Source: Candidatus Uhrbacteria bacterium RIFCSPLOWO2_01_FULL_47_25 | GTDB taxonomy: Bacteria; Patescibacteriota; Patescibacteriia; GWA2-46-9 | Direction of reading: 5' to 3' | Assembly: GCA_001791325.1 (NCBI GenBank) | Contig: MGEK01000003.1 | Location: 20,741 to 74,906, forward strand | DNA length: 54,166 bases | The notes under the pieces: generated by a model | Told to the model about the DNA's origin: nothing | Database searches by the model: none | The model's input: only the letters and a program-made list of their open reading frames with translations | Part shown: positions 45,802 through 53,793 of the stretch, piece after piece | Position numbering within the stretch: the first letter of the stretch is position 1 | Layout: every line of letters begins with the position of its first letter | Made by a program: the position numbers and the translations under genes

Positions 45802-46707
45802 TCATTTCAAGGGGTGGAGTTTTAAATTCAAGAGGTTGGCGTAGAGCATGGCCACGGTCACTGGCCCGACGCCGCCGGGAACGGGCGTTGCGGATCGTGC
45901 TTTTGTGCTGATACTTTCCCAATCTACATCGCCAACGGTTTTGCCTTGAACGAGCGTTGTGCCAACGTCAATCACAGTCGCCTCTTTGGCAACCATATCA
46001 CCTTTCAGAAATCCGGGCTTACCTACGGCGGTTACAACTAATTGACTCTGCCGCAATGTTTCATCTAGAGAAACTCTATCGCTTCGCTGAACATTTGCTC
46101 GCATTCCACCGTCTTCAAGCACAAACTTTAAGGTTGGGCCAAAAACATCACCGTCAGAAATGATAACTGCCTGCTCTCCATGGAGTGCTACTGGCACAAG
46201 TCTTGGAAGTTTACCGGTTTTAAATTGCAACTGCTCTTCCCGGCGCGTCTCTGGATACAATGACGCCAAAATGGTCATAACCGCGCCAACGGGCGTTGGC
46301 AAAAATGCACCCTGCTCATGATTGAAAAGTCGCGAACGATTGAATTCAGTAAGACCGTCAACGTCGCGCTTGGGGTCAATTAAATTAATCAGCCGATCAG
46401 TATGCGGACGCAAATTCGGCGGCAAAGGAAGCTGAACAATGTAGCCATCTAACGCAGCTCGTTCATTTAGCTCATAGATCTTATTTTCCACCGCTTTCAA
46501 GGGCGCGTCTTGGAGCAAGCGTTCAACTGTAAAATTAATACCCAAACGCTCGGCCGCTTCAGCTTTTCTTTTGGTGTATAGCACCGAATCGGCCGCCTCG
46601 CCAATAAAAAGACTGGCCAGCGACAGCGACATTTGCCGCTTTTTTGTTTCTTCAATAATTAACTGCTCAATTTTGCGGGCAATCGCCCGTCCGTCAATTG
46701 TAATCAT
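45802..46707 (-). CDS. folD: methylenetetrahydrofolate dehydrogenase/cyclohydrolase FolD-like (divergent)
   Basis: YIVQLPLP, AVGKPGF, IDVG and PVPGGVGPVTVAML blocks. Start at the ATG at 46707, in an ATGA overlap with the cutA stop. Confidence 0.75.
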   Translation of the reverse strand: MITIDGRAIARKIEQLIIEETKKRQMSLSLASLFIGEAADSVLYTKRKAEAAERLGINFTVERLLQDAPLKAVENKIYELNERAALDGYIVQLPLPPNLRPHTDRLINLIDPKRDVDGLTEFNRSRLFNHEQGAFLPTPVGAVMTILASLYPETRREEQLQFKTGKLPRLVPVALHGEQAVIISDGDVFGPTLKFVLEDGGMRANVQRSDRVSLDETLRQSQLVVTAVGKPGFLKGDMVAKEATVIDVGTTLVQGKTVGDVDWESISTKARSATPVPGGVGPVTVAMLYANLLNLKLHPLK

Positions 46708-47009
46708 CTGCACTCGCTGGTCAACCACTTTTTGTATTTAGCATTGAACTGTTTGGCCGACAAAACCGCGATACACGGCGCCTTGTAAGGATGCCGCTCT
46801 TCAATCAAGCGCTTGGCACGATCAATGTGTTTCTTTATGGTCTTAATCAACAAGGCCGCTTCGCGATCGTGTTGAATCTTATCCTTCCACCGATAACTTG
46901 ACTGAATCGACCAGTAATTACAACAAGCGGCCAGCCGTTTTTTTAGCAAACTCTCGCCAATTCTTTTCGCCGACTTAACATCCGGGCATGTTGTATAAAT
47001 AAATACCAT
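46704..47009 (-). CDS. cutA: divalent-cation tolerance protein CutA
   Basis: 101 aa. The CutA1-like pattern ...LAACCN...I.S.Y.W...I....E..LLIKT. Confidence 0.75.
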   Translation of the reverse strand: MVFIYTTCPDVKSAKRIGESLLKKRLAACCNYWSIQSSYRWKDKIQHDREAALLIKTIKKHIDRAKRLIEERHPYKAPCIAVLSAKQFNAKYKKWLTSECR

Positions 47010-47010
47010 C

Positions 47011-47286
47011 TTAACTCTTATCCAATATTCTTAAGAATTTGAGAATAGTTTTCCCGAGGCCGGTCAACCCATGTCTAACACTGCTACCCCTATATCGCTT
47101 GGTCACCAACCCAGCCAGTGACAAACGACGCACGTGCTCGGAAGCGGTCTTCATATTCATGTGCAAAATCTCAGATATTCCATAAAGCGGAAGCCCTGGT
47201 CTTTTATCCAAAAGCTCCAAGACAGCAATGCGCCATTTATTAGCCGCACCTTTCATTATTTTTTCCAGCTTGATAATTTTTTCCAT
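47011..47286 (-). CDS. ArsR/SmtB-like winged-helix transcriptional regulator
   Basis: 91 aa. R..vL.lL......l....I...l.m......H.r.L..aGLV. Confidence 0.55.
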   Translation of the reverse strand: MEKIIKLEKIMKGAANKWRIAVLELLDKRPGLPLYGISEILHMNMKTASEHVRRLSLAGLVTKRYRGSSVRHGLTGLGKTILKFLRILDKS

Positions 47287-47333
47287 AAAATCGTTAATTT
47301 ATTCTCAAATTCTTAAGAATATTAGAATAGCAT

Positions 47334-49067
47334 TTAGAGACAATTATCACAAGCGCCACAATTATCACTGGCCGAGTTGTCGCCAAAATATTTTAAAATA
47401 AAACCGCGACGGCAACCCAAGGTATAAGTATACGCCTCCATGAGATTGAGTTTATTGTACTCGCGCTCACGCTTCAAGGATAAAGCCGACCAATCAAGAT
47501 TTAATTCGTCAGCATTGACTTGTTTTAAAAGATAAATTTCCTGCCCGCGAAACGGCGGCTCGTAAATGCATAGGCCTTTTTCGCTCATGGCTCTGAGCGA
47601 TCGGCTCAATCCCTCTCGACTGATGCTGGCCTCGCGCACTATTTCTTCAATATTAAAATAAAGACCAGCTTCCAGCTCTGAACCATAGCGCGACTTTAAG
47701 GCCTGCCAGACCTGATTTTGAATTTTGGCCCGGGGATTTAAGGCGGCTTCGGTGGCGCCAACTGAACCAACGAGACGCACAAAGGCGTTGGTCGCGCCGG
47801 CGTGCGGGCGCCGCAGATAACCGCCCCTCTCCAAAATGTTCAGGGCCGTGCCAATGGCGAGTTCTGGCGCTCGCACGCCCGCCCCTTCAAGGATTTCCGC
47901 GTAAGTTGTATAGATGGGCTCGCCCACCTGATAAGTGAAATAGTGCCAAATAGCCCGAATGAGCTCTGGTGATGGGTTTTCTCCTTCAAGAAAAAACTCG
48001 CGTAAATAACGATCGGACGGATGATAAAAAAGAACGACGTAACTCTCAGCGCCATCGCGCCCGGCCCGCCCAGCCTCTTGATAATATGCTTCAAGCGTGC
48101 CCGGCAAGTCATAATGAATAAGCAGGCGCACATTGGCCTTATCTATCCCCAGACCAAAAGCGTTGGTGGCAACCATTACCAGCACTTGATTATTCATAAA
48201 ACTTTGCTGATTCTCGTCGCGCTGACGCTTATCCATGCCAGCATGATAACCAACCGCTTTTATGTCGTTCATGTTTAAAACGTCCAATAATTGATCAACT
48301 GTGTCGCGCGTGCCCGCATAAATTATGGCGGGGCCTTTAATTTCATTGATAAGATCCAAGGCGCGCGCAATTTTTTCTCCAAGATCAATTCGGAAAACTC
48401 CATAACGCAAGTTGGGACGGTCAAAACCGGTTACTAAGACATAAGGATTATTCAACCCAAGGGCCGAAATAATATCATCTCTAACATCGGGAGTGGCCGT
48501 GGCTGTTAAAGCGACAATAGACGGTCGACCCCACTTCGTCCCGCTCTGCGGGACTCCGCGAGGCGAGCCCAAGACAGCGGCCGCTGACTTTAAGGTTAAG
48601 TAGCTGGGCCTAAAGTCATGCCCCCATTCTGAAATGCAATGTGCTTCGTCAACGGCAAATAAACTCACTTCCACGTCTTTGAGCGCCTCCACGAAACGCT
48701 TATCATAAAAACGCTCTGGCGCAATGTAGAGCAATTTATAATGACCGAGAGCAATCTCCCTCAAGCGTTCAGTAATGGACGAGGAACTCATCGTGCTATT
48801 TATAAAAGCGGCCGGTAAACCACGTCCATTCAGATCATCCACCTGATCTTTCATTAAGGCGATCAGGGGCGAGACAACAATAGTCACGCCGGGCAAACAC
48901 AAGGCCGGCAACTGATAACACAAAGACTTGCCGGCGCCGGTCGGCATCACAATAAGGGCGTCGCGACCGTCTAAGATAGCGGCAATGGCTTCTTCTTGGC
49001 CGGCACGATATTCAACATGACCGAAAGATTCTTCAAGATGAATTTTTGCTTTTAATAAAGCATTCAT
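47334..49067 (-). CDS. recQ: ATP-dependent DNA helicase RecQ
   Basis: PTGAGKS, DEAHCISEWGHDFRP, ALTATA, and zinc-binding Cys cluster. TACAAT lies 7 nt upstream of the ATG and there is no SD. Confidence 0.9.
   Translation of the reverse strand: MNALLKAKIHLEESFGHVEYRAGQEEAIAAILDGRDALIVMPTGAGKSLCYQLPALCLPGVTIVVSPLIALMKDQVDDLNGRGLPAAFINSTMSSSSITERLREIALGHYKLLYIAPERFYDKRFVEALKDVEVSLFAVDEAHCISEWGHDFRPSYLTLKSAAAVLGSPRGVPQSGTKWGRPSIVALTATATPDVRDDIISALGLNNPYVLVTGFDRPNLRYGVFRIDLGEKIARALDLINEIKGPAIIYAGTRDTVDQLLDVLNMNDIKAVGYHAGMDKRQRDENQQSFMNNQVLVMVATNAFGLGIDKANVRLLIHYDLPGTLEAYYQEAGRAGRDGAESYVVLFYHPSDRYLREFFLEGENPSPELIRAIWHYFTYQVGEPIYTTYAEILEGAGVRAPELAIGTALNILERGGYLRRPHAGATNAFVRLVGSVGATEAALNPRAKIQNQVWQALKSRYGSELEAGLYFNIEEIVREASISREGLSRSLRAMSEKGLCIYEPPFRGQEIYLLKQVNADELNLDWSALSLKREREYNKLNLMEAYTYTLGCRRGFILKYFGDNSASDNCGACDNCL
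48521..48573. repeat. GC-rich palindromic segment embedded in-frame in recQ
   Basis: It contains gtcccgctctgcgggac (48538-54), which matches 16 nt of the reverse complement of the unit in element copy 6 (~24318-24333). It encodes SPRGVPQSGTKWGRP between the DEAH and ALTATA motifs. Confidence 0.6.
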
Positions 49068-49168
49068 GAAAAGTATTGTAGCACATCAGCAAAAATGTCA
49101 CTCGTCCTCTGGATGAACAAGTTATCGTCCTGACTAGTGTTATGCGTGGTGGTCTGTGACGAAAATAT

Positions 49169-49204
49169 AAAAAAACGGGAACGCCGCGCGACGCAACGTT
49201 CCCG
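49169..49204 (-). terminator. rho-independent terminator after islet gene X1
   Basis: The minus strand has cgggaacg-13 nt-cgttcccg followed by ttttttt. Confidence 0.7.
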
Positions 49205-49229
49205 ATTACCGCCAGCCTAAGTTTGTGGC

Positions 49230-49643
49230 CTATCCGCCACGACGTTTGGGCCTGATGCGCCCAGTGCGACGGACATTAGGGCGGGTACGAACCCGCCAAG
49301 CTCCTGTCTGCTGTCGATTGGCCTTAGCAATCAGGCGTTCCCTCAATGCCTCTGGGTTAATACAGAAGCTGGTACAGATAGAGTGGAGGCTAAAAACGTA
49401 GTTTTGATACCTATCACATCTCACATACCAGTCTGCCTCCCTAAATTCAGCCTGGTTTTTTTGCGATTTGCCAGGACCCTTCAAGAAGACTCTGATGGCA
49501 TCTTCAAGAATGGTGAGCTGTAAAAGCCGCATTCCAGTGAGCTGCTGGCGTGCCCATGATTGCTCCAGCGGCACTTCGTGGAGTTTAACGACATCTTCAG
49601 GTTCCAATTCCACCCATCTATCATATACTCTTCGTGCCATCAT
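49230..49643 (-). CDS. small HTH-like protein, family X paralog 1 (GC-rich islet)
   Basis: Shares L.(I/V)LEDA...(F/Y)....F.EA..W(I/Y)......(F/V)(S)F/L..IC....(L/I/V).P..(L/V)R..L blocks with 50059-50493 and 51458-51895. GGAGGG upstream. Confidence 0.55.
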   Translation of the reverse strand: MMARRVYDRWVELEPEDVVKLHEVPLEQSWARQQLTGMRLLQLTILEDAIRVFLKGPGKSQKNQAEFREADWYVRCDRYQNYVFSLHSICTSFCINPEALRERLIAKANRQQTGAWRVRTRPNVRRTGRIRPKRRGG

Positions 49644-49649
49644 CCCTCC

Positions 49650-50058
49650 AAATTAAAGATCTCTCTGATCCTCTTCGCAGTGCCATACTGCGAACTATCA
49701 ATCATAGCCATACCCTAGCTTCTAGTCTTATTCCTGTCAACCCATTCGGTAACCCCGATGGCAAGCACCATTCGGCCATGAGCCCAAGGCCGAATGGTCG
49801 GGGCTTGCTCAGGCCTTCGGCTCTGAGGCCGCTCAGGCTCGAAGAGGTTGACACTGAGAGACAAGCCCTTCGGGCTTGCGGCTCTGACCTTTCGGCTTCG
49901 CTCAAGGTCATCCTGAGCCCGTCGAAGGATGAATCCCCAATGACAAGCATTAGGGCTTGTCGCCGAAGTGTCAACCGCCGGAATACAAAAAAAGCGACCG
50001 GGGGAGCCGTAAACAAACGGACCCCGGTCGCCTTGAACGTACAGCAACTGCAATCCCC
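49650..50058. repeat. GC-rich hairpin-dense non-coding spacer
   Basis: Overlapping ORFs occur on both strands with no consistent frame. It contains tcatcctgagcccgtcgaaggatga-type palindromes, which give spurious ..GLRMT.. peptides. Confidence 0.55.
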
Positions 50059-50493
50059 TCAAATGCAGTCGCGCCGCTTAATCGTGCGTAGTGGAGCGGC
50101 ATTAACACTACGACGCTCCAGAGCCTCACACCTCCAACGCAAAAGTGCTTGCCTGACGCATTGCGGCACCACACCCAGCACTTCGCAGATGTTATCAAAA
50201 GAGAACAGCCCTCGCTTGTCGCCGTTCTCTATCCACTCTTGCGCCTCCTTAAATACTTGTCTACCACGCCGGCCTCCATCGTACCTTTGGTAGCAACGAA
50301 TCGCGTCCTAAAGGACCGCCAGCATTAAGCAACACTCTGGAGACTGAGCCTGCGCGTTTGAGGCCCAATACTGGGATGGCAAAACCGCTTGGTTACCCAA
50401 CAGCTCCCGTAGCCCTTTGGGGAGACTGTCAAACGTGAGAATAGCATTGGGGGCGTTGCCCGCCGGCTCACATATTTGCTTATTCGTATTCAT
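50059..50493 (-). pseudogene. family X paralog 2 interrupted by an in-frame TAG
   Basis: ORF 50308..50493 ends ...CLMLAVL-TAG. The same frame continues DAIRCYQRY...FKEAQEWIENGDKRGLFSFDNICEVLGVVPQCVRQALLRW to the TGA at 50059-61. The TAG aligns with Glu of LEDA in the paralogs. Confidence 0.65.
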
Positions 50494-50520
50494 GAGAATC
50501 CCCCTACTCGTAGACCACTG

Positions 50521-51471
50521 TCACGGGTGAGCAGTCTTGGCGATGCGAGCCAACCGTTGCGTGAGCTTGCGATTCTTGCGAAGAAGAACCTTCTTCTCGG
50601 TCTCAAGCTGTCTCACCCGTTGACGGCCACCGTCATCGCTCTCCTTGAGCTTGGCAATCGCCCAAGCCAAAGTTTCGGCCAAATTGCTACGCCGCCCAAA
50701 CAAAGCGAGCAATGTCTGAAGATTGCTGATGTTGCCTAACGCTCGCAGAGGTTTGACGGACGCGGTCGCAGGGCGAGCTGATACTTGCCGCCCTTTGGAG
50801 TTACCGCCTGCCGACGCCAGCGGTTTGACTTTCTTCTGAGACCGGGGCGGGCACTGCCGTATGAACTCTTCCAGCGTCCAGCCTTTTTTGGTCCCGCCCT
50901 TGGTATAGTACGCGATCCCACACGACGGACAGAGACCGCGATTATCGAGTACCCTCAGATTCTTGCAGCGTGGGCACTCGACCGGCTTCTTGTCGTCTCG
51001 CGGCCGAGATGGTTTGCTCTTTCGTTTTGTCGAGTTAATGGGCGACTGGTTGCCGCCATCCGCTCGTTTGATCAAATCATCCATTCTCACATCCCCTGAC
51101 ATCTCTCCTCCTCCTTTTGTTGTCTGCGTAGGCATTCCACCAGTGACGCTTGTTTCTGCTTTGGCCATATCTGCGCGCAACGCCACCCCCATAGCTGACG
51201 GCAGCTCTGGCTTTGGTGACGCACGAACAGTTGGAAGTCGCGTGATTGTGGCTTGACGTCTGACCCGCCACTGCCCATCGCCCCGAAGGACAATGACGCC
51301 TTTCCGCTTTAGCTCTGCAACCACAAGCTGTGCTTTCTCTTCGTTGACCATCAAATGCCCAGCGATATCTTCCAGGCTGCCTTTTCTTAACCCTCTGATG
51401 TATGCCTCGGCATCGGCATACATCTGATAATCAATCTCCCCCGTCTCAACCGGTTGCCTAAACAACGACAT
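50521..51471 (-). CDS. hypothetical protein with N-terminal winged-helix-like region, zinc ribbon and C-terminal coiled coil (GC-rich islet)
   Basis: Start at the ATG at 51471 (MSLFRQ), 7 nt after GGAAGGAGGG. CPRC...CPSC zinc ribbon. Confidence 0.55.
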   Translation of the reverse strand: MSLFRQPVETGEIDYQMYADAEAYIRGLRKGSLEDIAGHLMVNEEKAQLVVAELKRKGVIVLRGDGQWRVRRQATITRLPTVRASPKPELPSAMGVALRADMAKAETSVTGGMPTQTTKGGGEMSGDVRMDDLIKRADGGNQSPINSTKRKSKPSRPRDDKKPVECPRCKNLRVLDNRGLCPSCGIAYYTKGGTKKGWTLEEFIRQCPPRSQKKVKPLASAGGNSKGRQVSARPATASVKPLRALGNISNLQTLLALFGRRSNLAETLAWAIAKLKESDDGGRQRVRQLETEKKVLLRKNRKLTQRLARIAKTAHP

Positions 51472-51895
51472 CGTCCTGCCCTCCTTCCTCTTCGCTTGTC
51501 TTGCCAAACAGGGCTTTCTCGCCGGAATGCCTCGCATGTTCCTCTTTTTTCTTATACCACCGCTCCAACCCCATTCTTAGGTACTGGGGGTTGAGATCAA
51601 AATGGTCACAGATGTTTTCAAAAGAGAACGACCACTCTCTCTCCCCGCTCTCTATCCACTGGCGCGCTTCCTCAAAGAGGCGACAGTCATCTTCGTCTCG
51701 TGAAAAAGCGTACTTATAGAAACAGCCCAAGGCATCTTCAAGAACTGCCAACATCAACCCTTCTTCAGGACGAGGCCTCTTCCTCAAAAAGTGAGCACGC
51801 CAAGCCTCCGCGGCGTGCACATCTACAGAGAATGCCGAGTCGTGATGCCGAGTGGCAGCATCCACGCCCGACGCTATACTATGACTCCGTGCCAT
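51458..51895 (-). CDS. small HTH-like protein, family X paralog 3 (GC-rich islet)
   Basis: LMLAVLEDALGCFYKY...FEEARQWIESGEREWSFSFENICDHFDLNPQYLRMGLERW. GAGGAGGG lies 7 nt upstream. Confidence 0.6.
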   Translation of the reverse strand: MARSHSIASGVDAATRHHDSAFSVDVHAAEAWRAHFLRKRPRPEEGLMLAVLEDALGCFYKYAFSRDEDDCRLFEEARQWIESGEREWSFSFENICDHFDLNPQYLRMGLERWYKKKEEHARHSGEKALFGKTSEEEGGQDDVVV

Positions 51896-51933
51896 ACGGC
51901 ATCCCTCCTCTCGTTTCGTTGTTGGGTTTCAAG

Positions 51934-51961
51934 ATTTCAGAGAACGAACATTCGCTGTCAA
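51934..51961 (-). promoter_or_regulatory. promoter-like TTGACA-N16-TGAAAT upstream of X3
   Basis: -35 is rc of 51956-51961 and -10 is rc of 51934-51939. Confidence 0.4.
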
Positions 51962-51978
51962 TTATAACCCTACGAGAA

Positions 51979-52548
51979 CTAGACTCGGGTGTCAATGGGC
52001 CGAGCTGACAGCTCCAGAAATCGCAAGAGTACTTGTCTCGTAATAGAAACATCCGCCGCGGCACGGTGAGCGCCCGCCGTGGGAATGTTGAAATGAGCGG
52101 CCACTGTGCCAAGTTTGTAATTTGGAAGAGTAAGATATTCGCGAGCGAGCTCAAGCGTGTCGCAGAGCTCATTGTCTGGCATTCTTAAATCTAGCGCCTG
52201 AAAATGGGCTGCTATAAATGGCATATCAAAACGGCGGATGTTATGGCCAACGAGCACAGTCCCGGCAATAAATGTGGCAAAGCGCGGGAATACCTCATTA
52301 TGATCCTGTCCATGCTGCCGCAAGTAATCGTCTGCCAATCCATGAATGGCCACAGCGTCTGGGGGCACGGGACGAGTTGGGCGCAAAAACGCGTGGAAAG
52401 TTTCAACGACTTCACCTCGCACAAGTTTCTCGGCCGCGAGTTCCACCACCTCATCGCCCCCTTCAGGATAGAGGCCTGTTGTCTCGGTATCCAAAATGAC
52501 GAAAGTGCGAGAATGAAGTAATGACGAAGTATAGCGCATAAGTATCAC
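51979..52548 (-). CDS. DnaQ-like 3'-5' exonuclease (DEDDh)
   Basis: ExoI LDTETTG, ExoII GHNIRRFDMPF and ExoIII HRAAADV. Confidence 0.8.
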   Translation of the reverse strand: MILMRYTSSLLHSRTFVILDTETTGLYPEGGDEVVELAAEKLVRGEVVETFHAFLRPTRPVPPDAVAIHGLADDYLRQHGQDHNEVFPRFATFIAGTVLVGHNIRRFDMPFIAAHFQALDLRMPDNELCDTLELAREYLTLPNYKLGTVAAHFNIPTAGAHRAAADVSITRQVLLRFLELSARPIDTRV

Positions 52549-52551
52549 CCC

Positions 52552-52580
52552 AGTATAAATGAGTTGCCTTGCCTAGGCAA
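52552..52580 (-). promoter_or_regulatory. promoter-like TTGCCT-N17-TATACT upstream of the exonuclease gene
   Basis: -35 is rc of 52575-52580 and -10 is rc of 52552-52557. A GGGGTGA SD follows. Confidence 0.45.
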
Positions 52581-52627
52581 TAAAACGCTGCTACAGTGTG
52601 CGCATTACAGCTTGTTAATCATACTTT

Positions 52628-53677
52628 ATGAAAATCGGTATTGTCGGCCTCCCAAATGTTGGCAAATCAACACTGTTTAAGGCCTTGACCAAAAAGCAAG
52701 TTATCATAGAGAATTACCCATTCGCCACGATTGAGCCGAATGTTGGAGTTGTCGCTGTGCCCGATGAACGTTTAGACAAACTCGCAGCCGTTTCAAAATC
52801 TGAAAAAATAATTCCGGCGACCATTGAATTTCTGGACATTGCCGGCCTTGTTAAAAATGCTCACCAGGGTGAGGGTTTAGGTAATCAATTCCTCTCTCAT
52901 ATCCGAGAGGTTGATGCTATAGTTGAGGTGGTGCGTGATTTTATTGACGAGAACGTGATTCACGTTGAAGGAGCGCCTGATCCCAAGCGCGATCGAGATA
53001 TTATTCATCTTGAACTCGCTATGGCTGATTTGGAAACTATCACTCGCCGGTTGGAGCGCGCTTCGGGTAAAGTTAAAAGCGGCGACAAAACGGCGGCCGC
53101 TGAGACGGCGCTGTTGGAAAAAATAAAAAATGCCATTGATGAAGGACGAGCCGTGCGCGATCTTGAACTGTCGCCAGAAGAAAAAAAAGAACTTAAATCA
53201 TTAAGCTTGCTTACCGCAAAACCAGTACTGGTCGTGCGGAACATCGCCGAGAATCAAATTAAAAGCACCGCAGATGGGGAACTGACAATTTCTGCCAAAA
53301 TTGAGGCGGAACTTGCCGATCTTGAGCCAACAGAGGCGGCTTCTTATTTACAGGAGCTTGGTCTGCAATCATCCGGCCTTGATCGCCTGATTAAAAAAAG
53401 CTACGAACTTTTAAACTTAATAACCTTTTTTACGTCAGGCCCCAAAGAAACTCGCGCCTGGACCATTCGGCGTGGCACACGGGCGCCGGAAGCGGCCGGT
53501 GTCATTCATACTGATTTTGAAAAAGGATTTATCCGTGCGGAAATTATTCCTTGGAAAAAACTCGTGGAAGCGGGCGGCGAAATCCCGTCAAAAGAAAAAG
53601 GATGGCTGCGCCTTGAAGGAAAAGAATATATTATGCAAGACGGAGACGTAGCGCATTTTAGATTTGCGCCTACTTAA
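52628..53677 (+). CDS. ychF: redox-regulated ATPase YchF
   Basis: MKIGIVGLPNVGKSTLF, DIAGLV and a C-terminal TGS-like domain. Confidence 0.93.
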   Translation: MKIGIVGLPNVGKSTLFKALTKKQVIIENYPFATIEPNVGVVAVPDERLDKLAAVSKSEKIIPATIEFLDIAGLVKNAHQGEGLGNQFLSHIREVDAIVEVVRDFIDENVIHVEGAPDPKRDRDIIHLELAMADLETITRRLERASGKVKSGDKTAAAETALLEKIKNAIDEGRAVRDLELSPEEKKELKSLSLLTAKPVLVVRNIAENQIKSTADGELTISAKIEAELADLEPTEAASYLQELGLQSSGLDRLIKKSYELLNLITFFTSGPKETRAWTIRRGTRAPEAAGVIHTDFEKGFIRAEIIPWKKLVEAGGEIPSKEKGWLRLEGKEYIMQDGDVAHFRFAPT

Positions 53678-53793
53678 TACTCTATAATCTTGGCACTTAA
53701 ACTTCTTAGCCTTAATTACCTAATCCTAAAGTACGAGATAAACAAAAACTAGACACCCGAAAATGGGGTGCCTGGTTTTATTACAATACTGAA

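Noticed and set aside
49702-50293. Overlapping 75-219-aa ORFs on both strands (49634-50293, 49702-50016, 49715-50062, 49971-50198)
   Set aside because: They are mutually overlapping and repeat-derived, with low-complexity Arg/Ser/Pro-rich translations. Part of the region is better explained by the C-terminal half of pseudogene X2 in another frame.
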